From Phoronis australis (lineage: Eukaryota; Animalia; Phoronida): a DNA stretch of 64,000 nt. The translations under genes were made by a program, and so were the position numbers. Shown here piece by piece: positions 11,301-23,300 of the stretch. A model generated the notes under the pieces. The model worked only from the letters and a program-made list of their open reading frames with translations, ran no database searches and had not been told where the DNA came from. The stretch is taken from positions 129,570 to 193,569 of the forward strand of contig NMRA01000591.1 in assembly GCA_002633005.1 (NCBI GenBank), in the 5' to 3' direction. Position 1 is the stretch's first letter; every line of letters starts with the position of its first letter.

Positions 11301-14300
11301 CCGGATTTGAGTTTACATTTCATTTAACCATTCAGAAAGTAATGAGAAACAACAGCTGCCGTGGCTTGAAGTTGGGTTGAATTTTGTTTATGATATATGA
11401 TAATTGTATATTATTGTTTTGTTAATGGTACATGATTGTATATTGTTTTGTTCCCTTTGTCCAATCAAGTTCATCTTTTTTAATTAGATGTTGTGGTCTG
11501 GTGTCCCTTTTATTGACAGATTGCTTGGAGTCTAAGGATGTAATTACCCATCTGTGTGTAAAAGTTGTCAATAACTGATTTTCGACTTGTCCGGTAAAAT
11601 CCCACCAATTTAGGACTCGGTATGGCCGACAAGTGAAATTTATGTTTTCATTTTTTTAATGGAAGAAAAGTGGTACCAAATAAATGCTTAAAGTTCAATA
11701 AGATAGCTACCTTCAGAGAAAATTTCTTAGAAACTGTGGACATTCATAATGATGTTGGAAGCTTTAATTTGAAGTTAAAGACAAATTTTGGAAATTATTT
11801 TTGTCCGGAACTGACGAGAATTTACAGCACTGTCTTGCTACATGAGCCTGTGTTACTATGGGATGCTGAAATTGGGGAACTCAAAACTCTGTTGGTGGGT
11901 GCTATTAAGGGAGTATTGGCATTTCAAAATGGACATTTGTAACTATGGAGTTGTTGTTGGATGTTTATTCGAACTGCCATGCAAACTCCCTTGAAGAAAG
12001 CAAATGCAACATTTTATTACGAGGCTAGACGCGAGGTCTCACTGAAGGTCTGGCTACTGGTTATCCCAAGGTAAGCCTGTTCCAAACATTCAGGCTGCTA
12101 AAATTTGCTTGAGACTGACGTGCACAAAGACACGGGTACTTCTAGGAAGTTTAGACCACTGGGGGTGGGTTTTGAGCCAAGCATGCGTGTTTAAAAGTGA
12201 AAATTTTGTAAAGGGAAGTTAGGCACTATGGTGTGAATGAAAGCGATTTCTTTGGTTATTCACCTTAACTTCCATGTTTTTCGTACTTCAGGCTGACGTC
12301 CAGAGGGCCTTTCGGGAGATTGATCGGAAAGACGATCTTCTCAACACCTCACAACATGTTATGATGGAACAGGAGGATGAACTTCGACACACAAAGAGGG
12401 AGCTGCTGTCTACAGAGACGGAGAACAGACTGCTGCGGAGAAGTATGGATAACCTGAAGGAGGAAGCTAGTTTGACTAAGTAAGATGTAGTACATGACGA
12501 AAGTATTCAAACAAAATGACACGTAATTCTGCGTCATGCTGGGCGGAATCTGAATTCGACATCAGAGCAGTCTTCCCTCGTGATCGAGAATCAAGAGTGG
12601 ATTAACAGGAAAGTTAATAAGGTGTCTAAGAAATTCTGTTAATAGAAATTGCCACCCTAATAGTTTTGCCATTAATTTTTGCTGTTCGAAGAATTAGCCG
12701 TCATGACCGTGGAAGTAGTAATTTTTCCTGCTGTACTGCGCTGTCTTGTATTTGTTTACAGCCAGCTGAATGCAGCTACTGGTATTATCGTGTTATCTTA
12801 TGGCTGTTATGGGATTTGCAATGGCGGCATTCATTGTAAGTGGACTGAGTGGACCTCAGAAGCCTGGTTAACAAAAAATGTACCTGAGTTATTTTGTAGC
12901 TTAGACATAGTCAAATGCTTTTGATGGTGTTTTCTGGTGAGGATAGTCTATCTCGCAAGCCATTTGTTCGTGGCATAATACATTAGCTAGAAAATTTGTT
13001 TGTCATTCACATTCCAACCCCTGAACTCCATAATCACAAGTCCATTCATGAGTGAAATGCCCATTGTTTATGAATTATTTATTATTCTGTGTTTATATGC
13101 AGAGCACGTAGCATCGGGTTTAGTATTCCAGACGAGTTTACTAATCAATTTATATTGCTAATGATAATAGTAACATTTAAGATATGGATAATACTCTGAT
13201 ACTGGATAACGTACAATTACTATACTGTTGTTAACTAGGGATTAACGCTTGGGTTTTCACTGTTCATATTGCTGTCAACAGACTTGAACGGGACACGATG
13301 GGACAAGAGCGTCAGAGGCTGTTGAATAAACTGGTGGAGGTAGAGATGGATGGGCAGGACGCGTCTCGGCAGATGGGTGACCTGAAGGACACCATACGTA
13401 GGCTAAAGGAGGTGTGTATGTTCACAGTGTGAACCACATCATAGTGTAGTGTGTGGTATAGGTGACCTGAAGGACACCATATGTAGGTTAATAATTGTTG
13501 GTTTGTGACCTATGCGTAATGTTTGTAGAATATGTACTAGCCATCAACTGGATGTCAACACAGAAGTCAAATTTTGATTGATGCTCTGTTGCAATTGTTT
13601 AGCAATCGATAGAACTTTTGTAATGACAAACACCAATGAATGTACAGTCGTACTTCAGTTAGGGTAATTTTCCACTGGTTTGCCCAGGTGAACACACTGT
13701 TAGTCATAAGAGACACATACTAGGCAGAATTCCGGCATGTAGCCAAGCATAAAGTTTGGCATAGTTAGAGATTTCAGATAATTTTCTTTGAACTTAAAAT
13801 GGAGTCTCGTAATGAAATGTGTTGTTTAACTGCAATATCTCCCATCAATACTTTGTAGGTTTTTTGGATACGAAGTACATTGGTTTGATTGATTGATTAG
13901 TTTTTAATTGGTAAAAGATGTTCAAGGTGTGACTGTGATTTTGAATGGTTTGTAGGAGAAGAGGTTGTCGTCTGCTGACAGTGCCCACCTGGCCAAGCAA
14001 AAGGAATTGTTGGTTCAGAGTCTGACTCACTATGAGGACGCTAACAGGGCTTTGAGGCGGTTACTAAGGGAACAGCATGCACGCGAGGCGGAGGAACTTA
14101 GGGTGTCGGAACAGAGGGACGTGTTGATGAAGAGGCTGGCGGAGCTAGATAAGGATAACCAGGTTTGTGGGGAAGAGAACGGTTTAGGGAAGCTTTTGAA
14201 TTCGGATTATTGTCATTTTCCATTTTTCAACGGCTGATTACAGCAAATAACGGTAACTTAAACAAAAGTTGTTTCATAATTTCTACACAATACAAACCAT

Positions 14301-17300
14301 GCTTGGGATGGACCAAATTTTTCTTACTCCTCGTGTATGTGAAAAATTTGACAAAATAGAATTTCACTTGTTGGCTATAGTGTATGTCAAATATATGAAG
14401 AAATAACCGTAAATTTTCGAAATTGGTGTGAACCCTGACTTTAAGTTCAAAATAGACTTGAATATGATGATGATTCTGATGTTGACTTCTCTTGAAATGC
14501 TTGTTGCCATGACTACATTCTGTGTCATGTGTTGACAGCACATGCGTCTGGACGTGCTAGAGAGAGATCGGCAGGTGAATGACATGCGTGTGCAGGTGGA
14601 GAGCCAGAAAGAAGAGAACCTGGCGTTGACGGGGCTGCAGACGTCACTGGAACAGACGAGGGGACACCTGCAGAAACAGCTTAGGGGCAAGGAAGCTGAC
14701 TGTAACAGAATGGCTGTACAGATTAGGGTAAGGGAGGGAGTGTAGCGGGATGGTGAGGAAGGAGTGCTGGAGTATTATTAAAGCTTGCTCGTAAGAATTG
14801 AATTCTTAAGGAATTAATCTAAATCTCAGGCTTGGACAAGATTTTGCAATTAAAGTTACTCTACGTGTAGCCGAAAGCTTATGCTTTACCGGATTACTGT
14901 CAATCAATATTGAACAATTTTGTACCTCCCACTTTAGTAGCTGGCTATTGGTCTGTGTTTCTGCTCTATGTGTTGAGTAATAGGGAACATCTTTATTTCA
15001 TACTGACAGCATGAAAGCATATTTCCTTGACCTTTGACCCAGTTTCAAATTCAGACGAGCGGGATGGGCGAGTTGACAGTGACGAAACGCAATAATTTTT
15101 TTTGTTCATGGACATATTGCTTCTCCACAGTAGAGGAAATTTGACGTCACAATAATTATGGCAAAAATCCGTCAAAAAATTTGTGAAATCGCTCTGTCTT
15201 GAATCTCCAATATCTTGTAGGTGGCGCCGAAGGTTGGCGGCCATTGATGAAACATAATGTATTAGGTTATGCTGTAATGGTAATGGCTATAAGACTTTAA
15301 TTTTGATGGATGGCATTAATTTTGTATGTTCCAGAGTCTGGAGACTCAACTTGCCCAGGAAAGGATTGAAGTGGATCATGTACAGGATCTTTTGAAACAA
15401 ATGAAAGAGAAAACTGAACGAGATAAAGAAGCTTTGAAAAAAGCCACAAGGTTTTTACATGTTCTTGTATTCGTTTCAATAACCAGAAATCATTGAATTT
15501 TATTTTTCAGCACTTAAGAGAAGTCGAATTTTTGTAGTGAAAACTTGCACCTCGTCTCCTAAGGGGACTGTAAGCTTTATGTAAGTCGCTGGTACTGCAG
15601 CTAGTGGAATAAAATGGAGTTTATGGACAAAACTTGTGACGGGAAGAAAGCTTAGTTAGTGATTCTGAATACCTGTTGTTTAAAAAGGGGTTTTACACTC
15701 AGTTATTTTTGTTAATGTTTATTACGAAAAATACAATGTACAAGAGTTAAGTCCAGAAAATGATAGAAGGCATTATATCTTGCTCAGTTAACCATATGAC
15801 TTTGTGCCGATCATGGCCCCATCTAGTGATTGACATCACTGTTAAAAGCAACTGAAAATAATTTCAAAAAATCTTTACTTCTTTTCTCTCATTAATGCAG
15901 GAAAGACTCTTATTTTTCTTTGTATTGTGCAAACTAATAACATTTTTTTCTATCAACTGCAGCAGCATAACTTGTCAGGTGCTAATTTCACAAGGTTCTG
16001 TGATGTGTTCCTGTTTAAGCTTTTATGGACATCCATAGCTTAAAATTTACGAGTTATTTCTTGGAAATCAGATTGAATGAAAATAGAAGATTGGCAAAAA
16101 CAATGCAGACATCTGGGCTGGGTTGCATAAAACTTCAAAGTTAACAGCTGGATAAGTTTGATTGTTGCATGACGTTACAATGTGGAGTGTGATATAAGCG
16201 AGGTCATTATTGCTGTGCTTCTGAACTGGGCCCTGGTGTTAATTTTCTTGAGTTTGATGTACAACAATTCTTATTGTTATCGATGGTCTGTTTCCTCAGG
16301 GTTCAAAAACAGCGGGCTGCGAGGTCAGAGGACACAGTAGAGGTCATGAACTCTCAACTTCTGGAGAAGGAGGGTCAGCTGGCTGACACTCTGGCTCAGG
16401 TGGATGAACAGCGAGTGAGGGCAGAGAGGATAGCAAAAGAGAAGACTCAAGTGTTGACTGAGAACACTGCTCTCAAGAGGTGGGTCGCAATCAAGGGTGG
16501 TGGGGGGTGGGAGCAGGCTATGCGCACGTAGTAAGTGTTGTGATTGTTTGTTGAGGTCAATGTCTTGGTGAAAGGGGGTCACTGTTGGTGTTCTAGTTGG
16601 TCATTTGGCTAAAATTAAGTCTATGGATGGCATAGCCTGTTTCACAAATTCAGTTTAATGCTAAAAGTCAGAAAATCTGTCTATGACTTAGCTAAAATTA
16701 AAAAATCTGTTGCCTCCTCAGGGGCAGGCTGAAAGCCAAAACAAAAAGATAAGACATTGGATGGGTGGCTATAGACTCCTTGACAAGTGGTCCCATGAGG
16801 TCATGTCTGTTTCAAATATGCAGTGGTAAGCTGGCTTGTAGTTAAGTGTCCTGGGTTCATTCTAGTTGCAAATGAAGTAATAAACAGTCATCCCACATTC
16901 CCTGAAGTTGAATGTACACCGAATTGGCAAGCACCTGACAGTTGTACGACACGTGCTGTGCTCCGAACATTACAGTGAAAATATTTATTGTCAACATTAA
17001 CTGCGTGTGCATGCTCTTGTTGAAACAAAGCCAAGAGGCTTTAAGTTTAGGTTAGTACAATAAAAACTGGTTTAAAACGTACTTTATTTTACAACAATGT
17101 ATGCATTTCTGTACTCTACTATGCAATTTAAACTACTGTGTTTTGCCAATTGTCAGAACTTTTTATTGTTAAAATTTAAATCTTGAAGATTATCTGTTTT
17201 TGGCAGTCACATTGACCCTTGTACCACTGCTATACCAATATTGTATTTCTTCTAACTGGAAGATATTCCTGCTAAGCACATCAGACTGTGTTTGTTCCGT

Positions 17301-20300
17301 GAATCAATGTACTGGATAAAAGCAATCAGACAAAATTCTGTCTTCCCCATCATGCCGGCCAATTCTGTTGACAGTAAAAATGTCCGGTAATAGTTTTATG
17401 TCATTAAAATTCTAACTACAGGTGGCTGAGACACCTGTAATACTAACTTCCCTCATAATTCACCTTGTTCATTCTCAGCCACGAAAGGAAGACTGTTCTG
17501 ACGATTAAGTCGGCTTCTTCCCGGCCTTCATGACTGGAACTTCCTGGTCATTTGGTCTGAATACTTTTGGTTTGTACCACATTTGCAATGTCCTTGACCC
17601 TTGTCGCTAATTCCAGCCGTGTGTCAGAGCTAGAGGCCGATCTTGAGGCTCGCCAAGAGGAATTGCGTACGCAGGTAGACTCGTTGAATGGACGACTACA
17701 CACCAAGACTAGTGAAGTGTCCTCTCTTAGGCTGGAGAATGAGAGGCTCAGGGTAAACACATTTATTTTGTCACATTAGGTTAAAAGATATCGTACGCGG
17801 TTTTGGCCTATCAGCAGATGATCTTGCCACTCGACTCAGAAACCAGGCTCATCGCGTGAATTTGCTCAAGAAATTGTGTTTGATGGATGGCCACAGACCA
17901 TGGTACAGTTGAATCGTATTATAATGACCCTTGCTTATATTGTTCCGTTCTGGAAGTCGCATTTTTTCTGTAATATGACATACCTTTTCTACACTTTGCT
18001 TTAACAAACAGGTGGGATACAACGTTCTCACAGTTCTAATGAACGGTATCAAATTCGATGTCCTAGTGGGTAGCTTCATCAACAATACATGGAACCAGCA
18101 CATGCAATTCTAATACTTGATTACGTGTGTAATCTTCGGTTTCATTTTTGTACTCTGGCGTGACTCACAAGCATGTGATTCGTTGCTCGCAGCCGGGCAT
18201 GCATTAGGACATCCTTACTGTTGAGTATTGGGCACTCCGTATGGTGCTGCCACCTGGTTTCTCTAGTTCTAGTTTGCTACTGCATGATGGGATAGTTTTG
18301 GAGTCGTCCATCTTGAAAATAAACTTGAGTTGTTTGTACCTTAGTGGTCCTGCTTTGCATCCAACATATTACACTAGTCTTACACAATGAAAAAATGACC
18401 AATGACATGTTCTATCTATATTTTCTGATTCAGTTACACGGAACGTTGTTTAGAGCAAATTGTCTTTAATAGATTCCAGGAAGTTCATTGCACGTTTGAC
18501 TGTAAAACGTTCATTCTCCGAGGCTTCATCCAATGACTTTGTTCCCACTTGTGACTTTCAGTCGTCCATTACATCTATTGAAGACAAGTTGTCCCAGGCT
18601 GACACAGAGGTCAGTCAACTGAGAGCCAGTGTTAAGCAATATGAAGGTTTAGTGGAGGAGTATAGAACACAGGTAAGCTCTTTTCGTCTGCATTGGACTG
18701 AGAACTTAATGTACACTACACACCAAAACTACTCACGGCAGTCAAAATGACCGGGAGTTATCCGTCATGATGGCTGGGCGTAAGGCGAAGTCATCGTCAT
18801 TGTAGTCTTGTGTCGCAGTAGGGAGTGAAGGGAATTTACCAGCATTCTGTAATTGAAATTTTGCCTCAATGACTAGTCAGTGGCAGTCATTGTCCCTGTG
18901 AACAATACTAGTTGCTATGTCAGAGATACATTGCTTTGTCTGGTTTCTTTCGGTATGTCTTGTAATACAGTTGACTGACAACCCTGTTTACTCAATGTAT
19001 AGACAGTCCTTCTTTTCTGATCACGGGAATCATTGTTTATTTGAGTGATGAAAGTGTAACTCCTTACAATCTAAATCAGTTTTTTGGCAGAATGAGTGTT
19101 GTCACTTTGTGACTGCTTTAAAATGCTTTGTGTCATATGGTTGTGATAAACAAGACAAATATTACAGTGTTATTTTTAACAATAGCCCTTAGTTGGATAT
19201 GATACTCTCTTTCTCAGTCACAGCCTACTCATTGCCAACCAGCATGGCAGGTAGGTGAATGTTCAGGTGCGGTGTTGTCATGGCGATAGCTTGATGTTGC
19301 CGTGATGATAGGTTGGATGTTGTCATGGTGAAAGCTTGGAGTATACAGATGCTTCATGTGGATCTACCTAACAAGTAGTTTCTTAAAATCCCATGCAGTG
19401 CCAAGGCTATTTTAGTTAATGGTTTGAGGGAAACCCTTTTCTCTCTATTTTAATTAGGGGAGCTGGCATTCCTAAGGGCACATGATAATGCTATGGACTG
19501 ATAACTTCAACCAGTTGATACCTATCTGCTAATTACAGGGCTTGGAATTTTCCGCGGAAACACGGATTTCCGCTTTTTTCAAATGTTCTGTCCGCGCATT
19601 TTATTATATTTCTGCGTAAAAAAAATCGGATTTGATATAAAATTTCCGCGGCAAATTCCTTTCTTACCGCGGCGTCGCAGAGGACGTTCACCTCGAAAAC
19701 CGGAAGTTGCTCTTTATGTTTCGGAGGAACGTAAATTGTCAACATTGCCAGGGCATCTGGGATAACGTGGTGGGATTTTCAATGGCGTCTCGTGTTATTG
19801 TAAACCACGGCGACAAATACTACGGCTCTGCAGCCAAAAATGTGTGGGTTGGGAGTGGACGGACGAGCTAAAAGGATGCAGACGCATGCTACTGATAGTT
19901 TTTTTTTTTTTTATTAGTCCTACCGATTTTTGTCGGCGAAAGGTTCATATCGACTATTTCAAGGCTGGGTAGCGCGCATGTTTTGGGCCGTAAAAGTTTC
20001 CGCGTTTTTTGTCATTGGTCATTCCAAGACCTGTGTTTAAATTTTTTTTTTCTAGTTTGACGTGTGCAATCATGACTGGTGGCCTATTTAGCACTGCATG
20101 GGACTTTAAGTGTTGCCTGTAAGCATGTGTGTTGTGGACACTGTTTATGCCTTCCTCCACTCACCTCTTACGGTGCTGTCCGTAGTCTATGTGTTGAACA
20201 TGATCATGCTTGGTCCATGGCTATTTGGCTTGTTTCGCATGCATGATCCACAACGCTCCCTCCCCCACCTTCGCCATGGTGGAGCTCGCCCAATTTAAGT

Positions 20301-23300
20301 GCAACCAATACGTTGCAGGGACATTCCTGGGCTGCGCCTTTGCGCCATTAGCACGTAAAAAAATTAAAAGGTGCAAGTACATTGCAGCAGTGCACCCTGG
20401 GTGCATCTTTTAAAATGCACCACTCTTCCAAAAAAGTTTTAGTCAACTTACAGCCTGTGGGGTAAAACCTGATTTTGTTCTTATTTCAATTGTCCTTGGG
20501 GTTTCTGCTTCACTGTGTTACCACTTTTAATTATATTATGTTTTTTGAGCGCAAGGTTTTAAAAACTATTTTTAAGGCACGCTTTGTATCAGGGGCACCC
20601 AAAGTGCGCAGGTCAGGAGTATCCCTGTGTTGTATTTACAGCAAGGCTCAAAATAGTATCTTTTGCTGGAGACTTTGTATCAGAACAAGTATTGCCTGTA
20701 AGTCGTGCTCATATGTTATGACTCATCACAGAATGATGAAATAACTGTTGTTCCATTTAGGAAAATTTATTAAATTGAGTCTGGTCTGCTGGACTCTACT
20801 TGAAAAATTAAAATGCTAGCACCACGGAGACATTATGCCTCCTTCAAAGGGAAAATGGCACTGAAGATTGTCGAAAACTGTCATCCCTTACTTTCTCACA
20901 AGATATTGTATGGTTAGCAACCATTCTAAGCAAAGTGCCGTCTGATTTGGATGGGAGTTTTTGTGAGGTTGCTAATCAGACAAGATCTTTTTAGAAGGAG
21001 AGACATGAGGGTTCCTGCCAATCTTCAGTACCATCTTCCCTTTGAAAAAGGCGTGATGCCTCCGAGGTCCTAGGACTCATCGTAAAAGGTTAATTAACAT
21101 ACTTAATGTTGGTTTATGTGCTATGACCGTGCTCTTTTCACCACTGTCATAGTCACATGACAAGGTCTCGATAAACATGAACTTCTGATCATGTTTTATA
21201 GTGAAATGTCCACAAAAATGTTTAAAGTTCAGGTAGGACAGCAATATGCAAGACAATATTCCCAGAAAAAACTGCTCAAGACAGGGATAATCTGAACTGA
21301 TGTCATGGCTTATCGCGGTCATGTTCAGTCAATGGCCCTATCTCTTACATACATTAATTGTACTTAATCCTTGACTCGCGATTGGTTTATTTTGGTCATG
21401 GTTAGTGCACAACTGCATATCATTTATTGATCATGTTCAAACCATCATATTATTAGTGATTTTCTTGCTCAAGGTCCAGTCATATTGCTACATTATGAAC
21501 ACACATAATTTCTTCTTGGAGGTAGTCTTCTTAGGTCAAGCTTTCAATCTCGTGCATATTGTATCCAGTGCACTGACAGCATTTGTTGCTTTCTTCACAG
21601 ACCTGTAATGTGTACTTTTATGGCATGGAATGCTCATTACCTCTGACCCCGTAACCTGATCCCATTACCTCACTTCAGTGGAGGTCAAAATAGTGTGTAG
21701 TCCAACTGCATGGTCACCACATTTCTCGTTAGTTCCTATGCGGTTATCTGCAGTGAAACTGTTCCCATTTCTTCATGGTGGGATTTCACCACACACAGAT
21801 TCAGTTGGTAATGCACCATCTTTGTCAGTGACATTTTTACATCTGGAGGCTGACCTCACGTGTGTGAAGGATTGTGGGAAGTCATTTATTCCAAGCATAA
21901 TGAATCGTCTTGACTTTGTAGACATTTCCAACCAACCGGTGGCGAGAATAAAAGATGTCCCTCAAATCTTAAATCAGTTGTGTGCGTTCACCAGATGTCG
22001 TTATTTGTAGGCATCTTAGGTGGGAGCCACTCATTTTGGACAGCAAATGTTGAAAACGTAAAAATTTCATTCAAATCCATCAGTTGCCCTGTTGGTAAAA
22101 CAGAGCTCGTTGTCAAAATCTGTGAATTCGTTAAATGTTTCAAATTGTTATGAATTACTGATACGTATCATGATGGAATTTGGGTATTTTAGATGAACCA
22201 GGCGCGTCGGGAAGCAGACGAGACAAGTTATCGTTTGGAGGAGAGTACTCGTAAGACTGCATCTGTGAGAAGAGACACAGAAGAAGAACTGGACAAGGTG
22301 AGCAGACGAGATTTAGTCAGCAGACAACAATGAGGATCAGCAGACGACATTGTAAGTCAGCGATGCCACTGTTGCTCTGCTGGTTGAAAGTTAAGAGTGC
22401 CACCATCTCTGGTGTTTTTTTGTCATGAAAGAGTGGTCCAAGGTGTTGCTTAATTGACATGAATGCAGTTTAAAACCAAGTGTTTAGTCGCAGAAGTGTT
22501 GTTTGTGTAAACGTTCCACATTGTTGGTGGTATTAGTAGTGTTAACGGCTATAGAAGACATATTGGTTGAAGGTTGTACAGGTCCCTCATTCGTCCGCAG
22601 GGAAAGGTAGTCCTGCGCCTTCATGAGAGGGGACATTTTTGGATGAGTGTAAAATTCTACCTCTCGATCATCATCAATAGCACCCCCCAACTCTGTTGCA
22701 AGTCCTCATAGGCTCTCTGTCTAGTAGCCAAAACTAACATTTTGCGCAGTTTCAAATTGTCACTTGTGTGAGTTACAATTACAAGTAATTCTAACCGTGA
22801 AGGAATTTTTTCAATCACTTGAAGGGAATTTTTGGGACTCATGAGGGTAATTTTGCATGATTTTCAGTATTTTTCAGAGGGGAATGGGGCCGTTATTCTG
22901 CCCCAAAATGGAGGAATTGAGGGCCCTGTAGTAGCACTGGAAGTAGTAGTAGTTTAAGATGTGTTTATTAGTTGAGTTAGCAACAGTGTTGTTCTTATTA
23001 GCCATGATTTGTTGTTACTCATTTTTAGTCTCTGATGTTCACAGTTTTTAAACAGTGTGAAACAACAGTAATCACATAAAATACCATTTCGCGTCCATGG
23101 AACCTAATTCTGTTATCAGAAAAAATTCCTTGTAACAACTGTTAGAGTGGCAAAATTTTAATTACAAAATAGCTTAGCCTCCTAGTAACTAGCTTTTCTC
23201 TTCATTCCCCGTAGTCATTTTCACTCACGAGGGAAGAGTAGTCCGATGGTGAATTCGGCTTTCACCCAGCCGTCATGGTGGGAAATTCTTAGCCATTTTG

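Noticed and set aside
19537-22928. hAT-like ends (CAGGGCTTGGAATT at 19537; caggtccctcatt/aattgagggccctg at ~22579-22928)
   Set aside because: Probably transposon relics, but no matching partner end or TSD could be verified.
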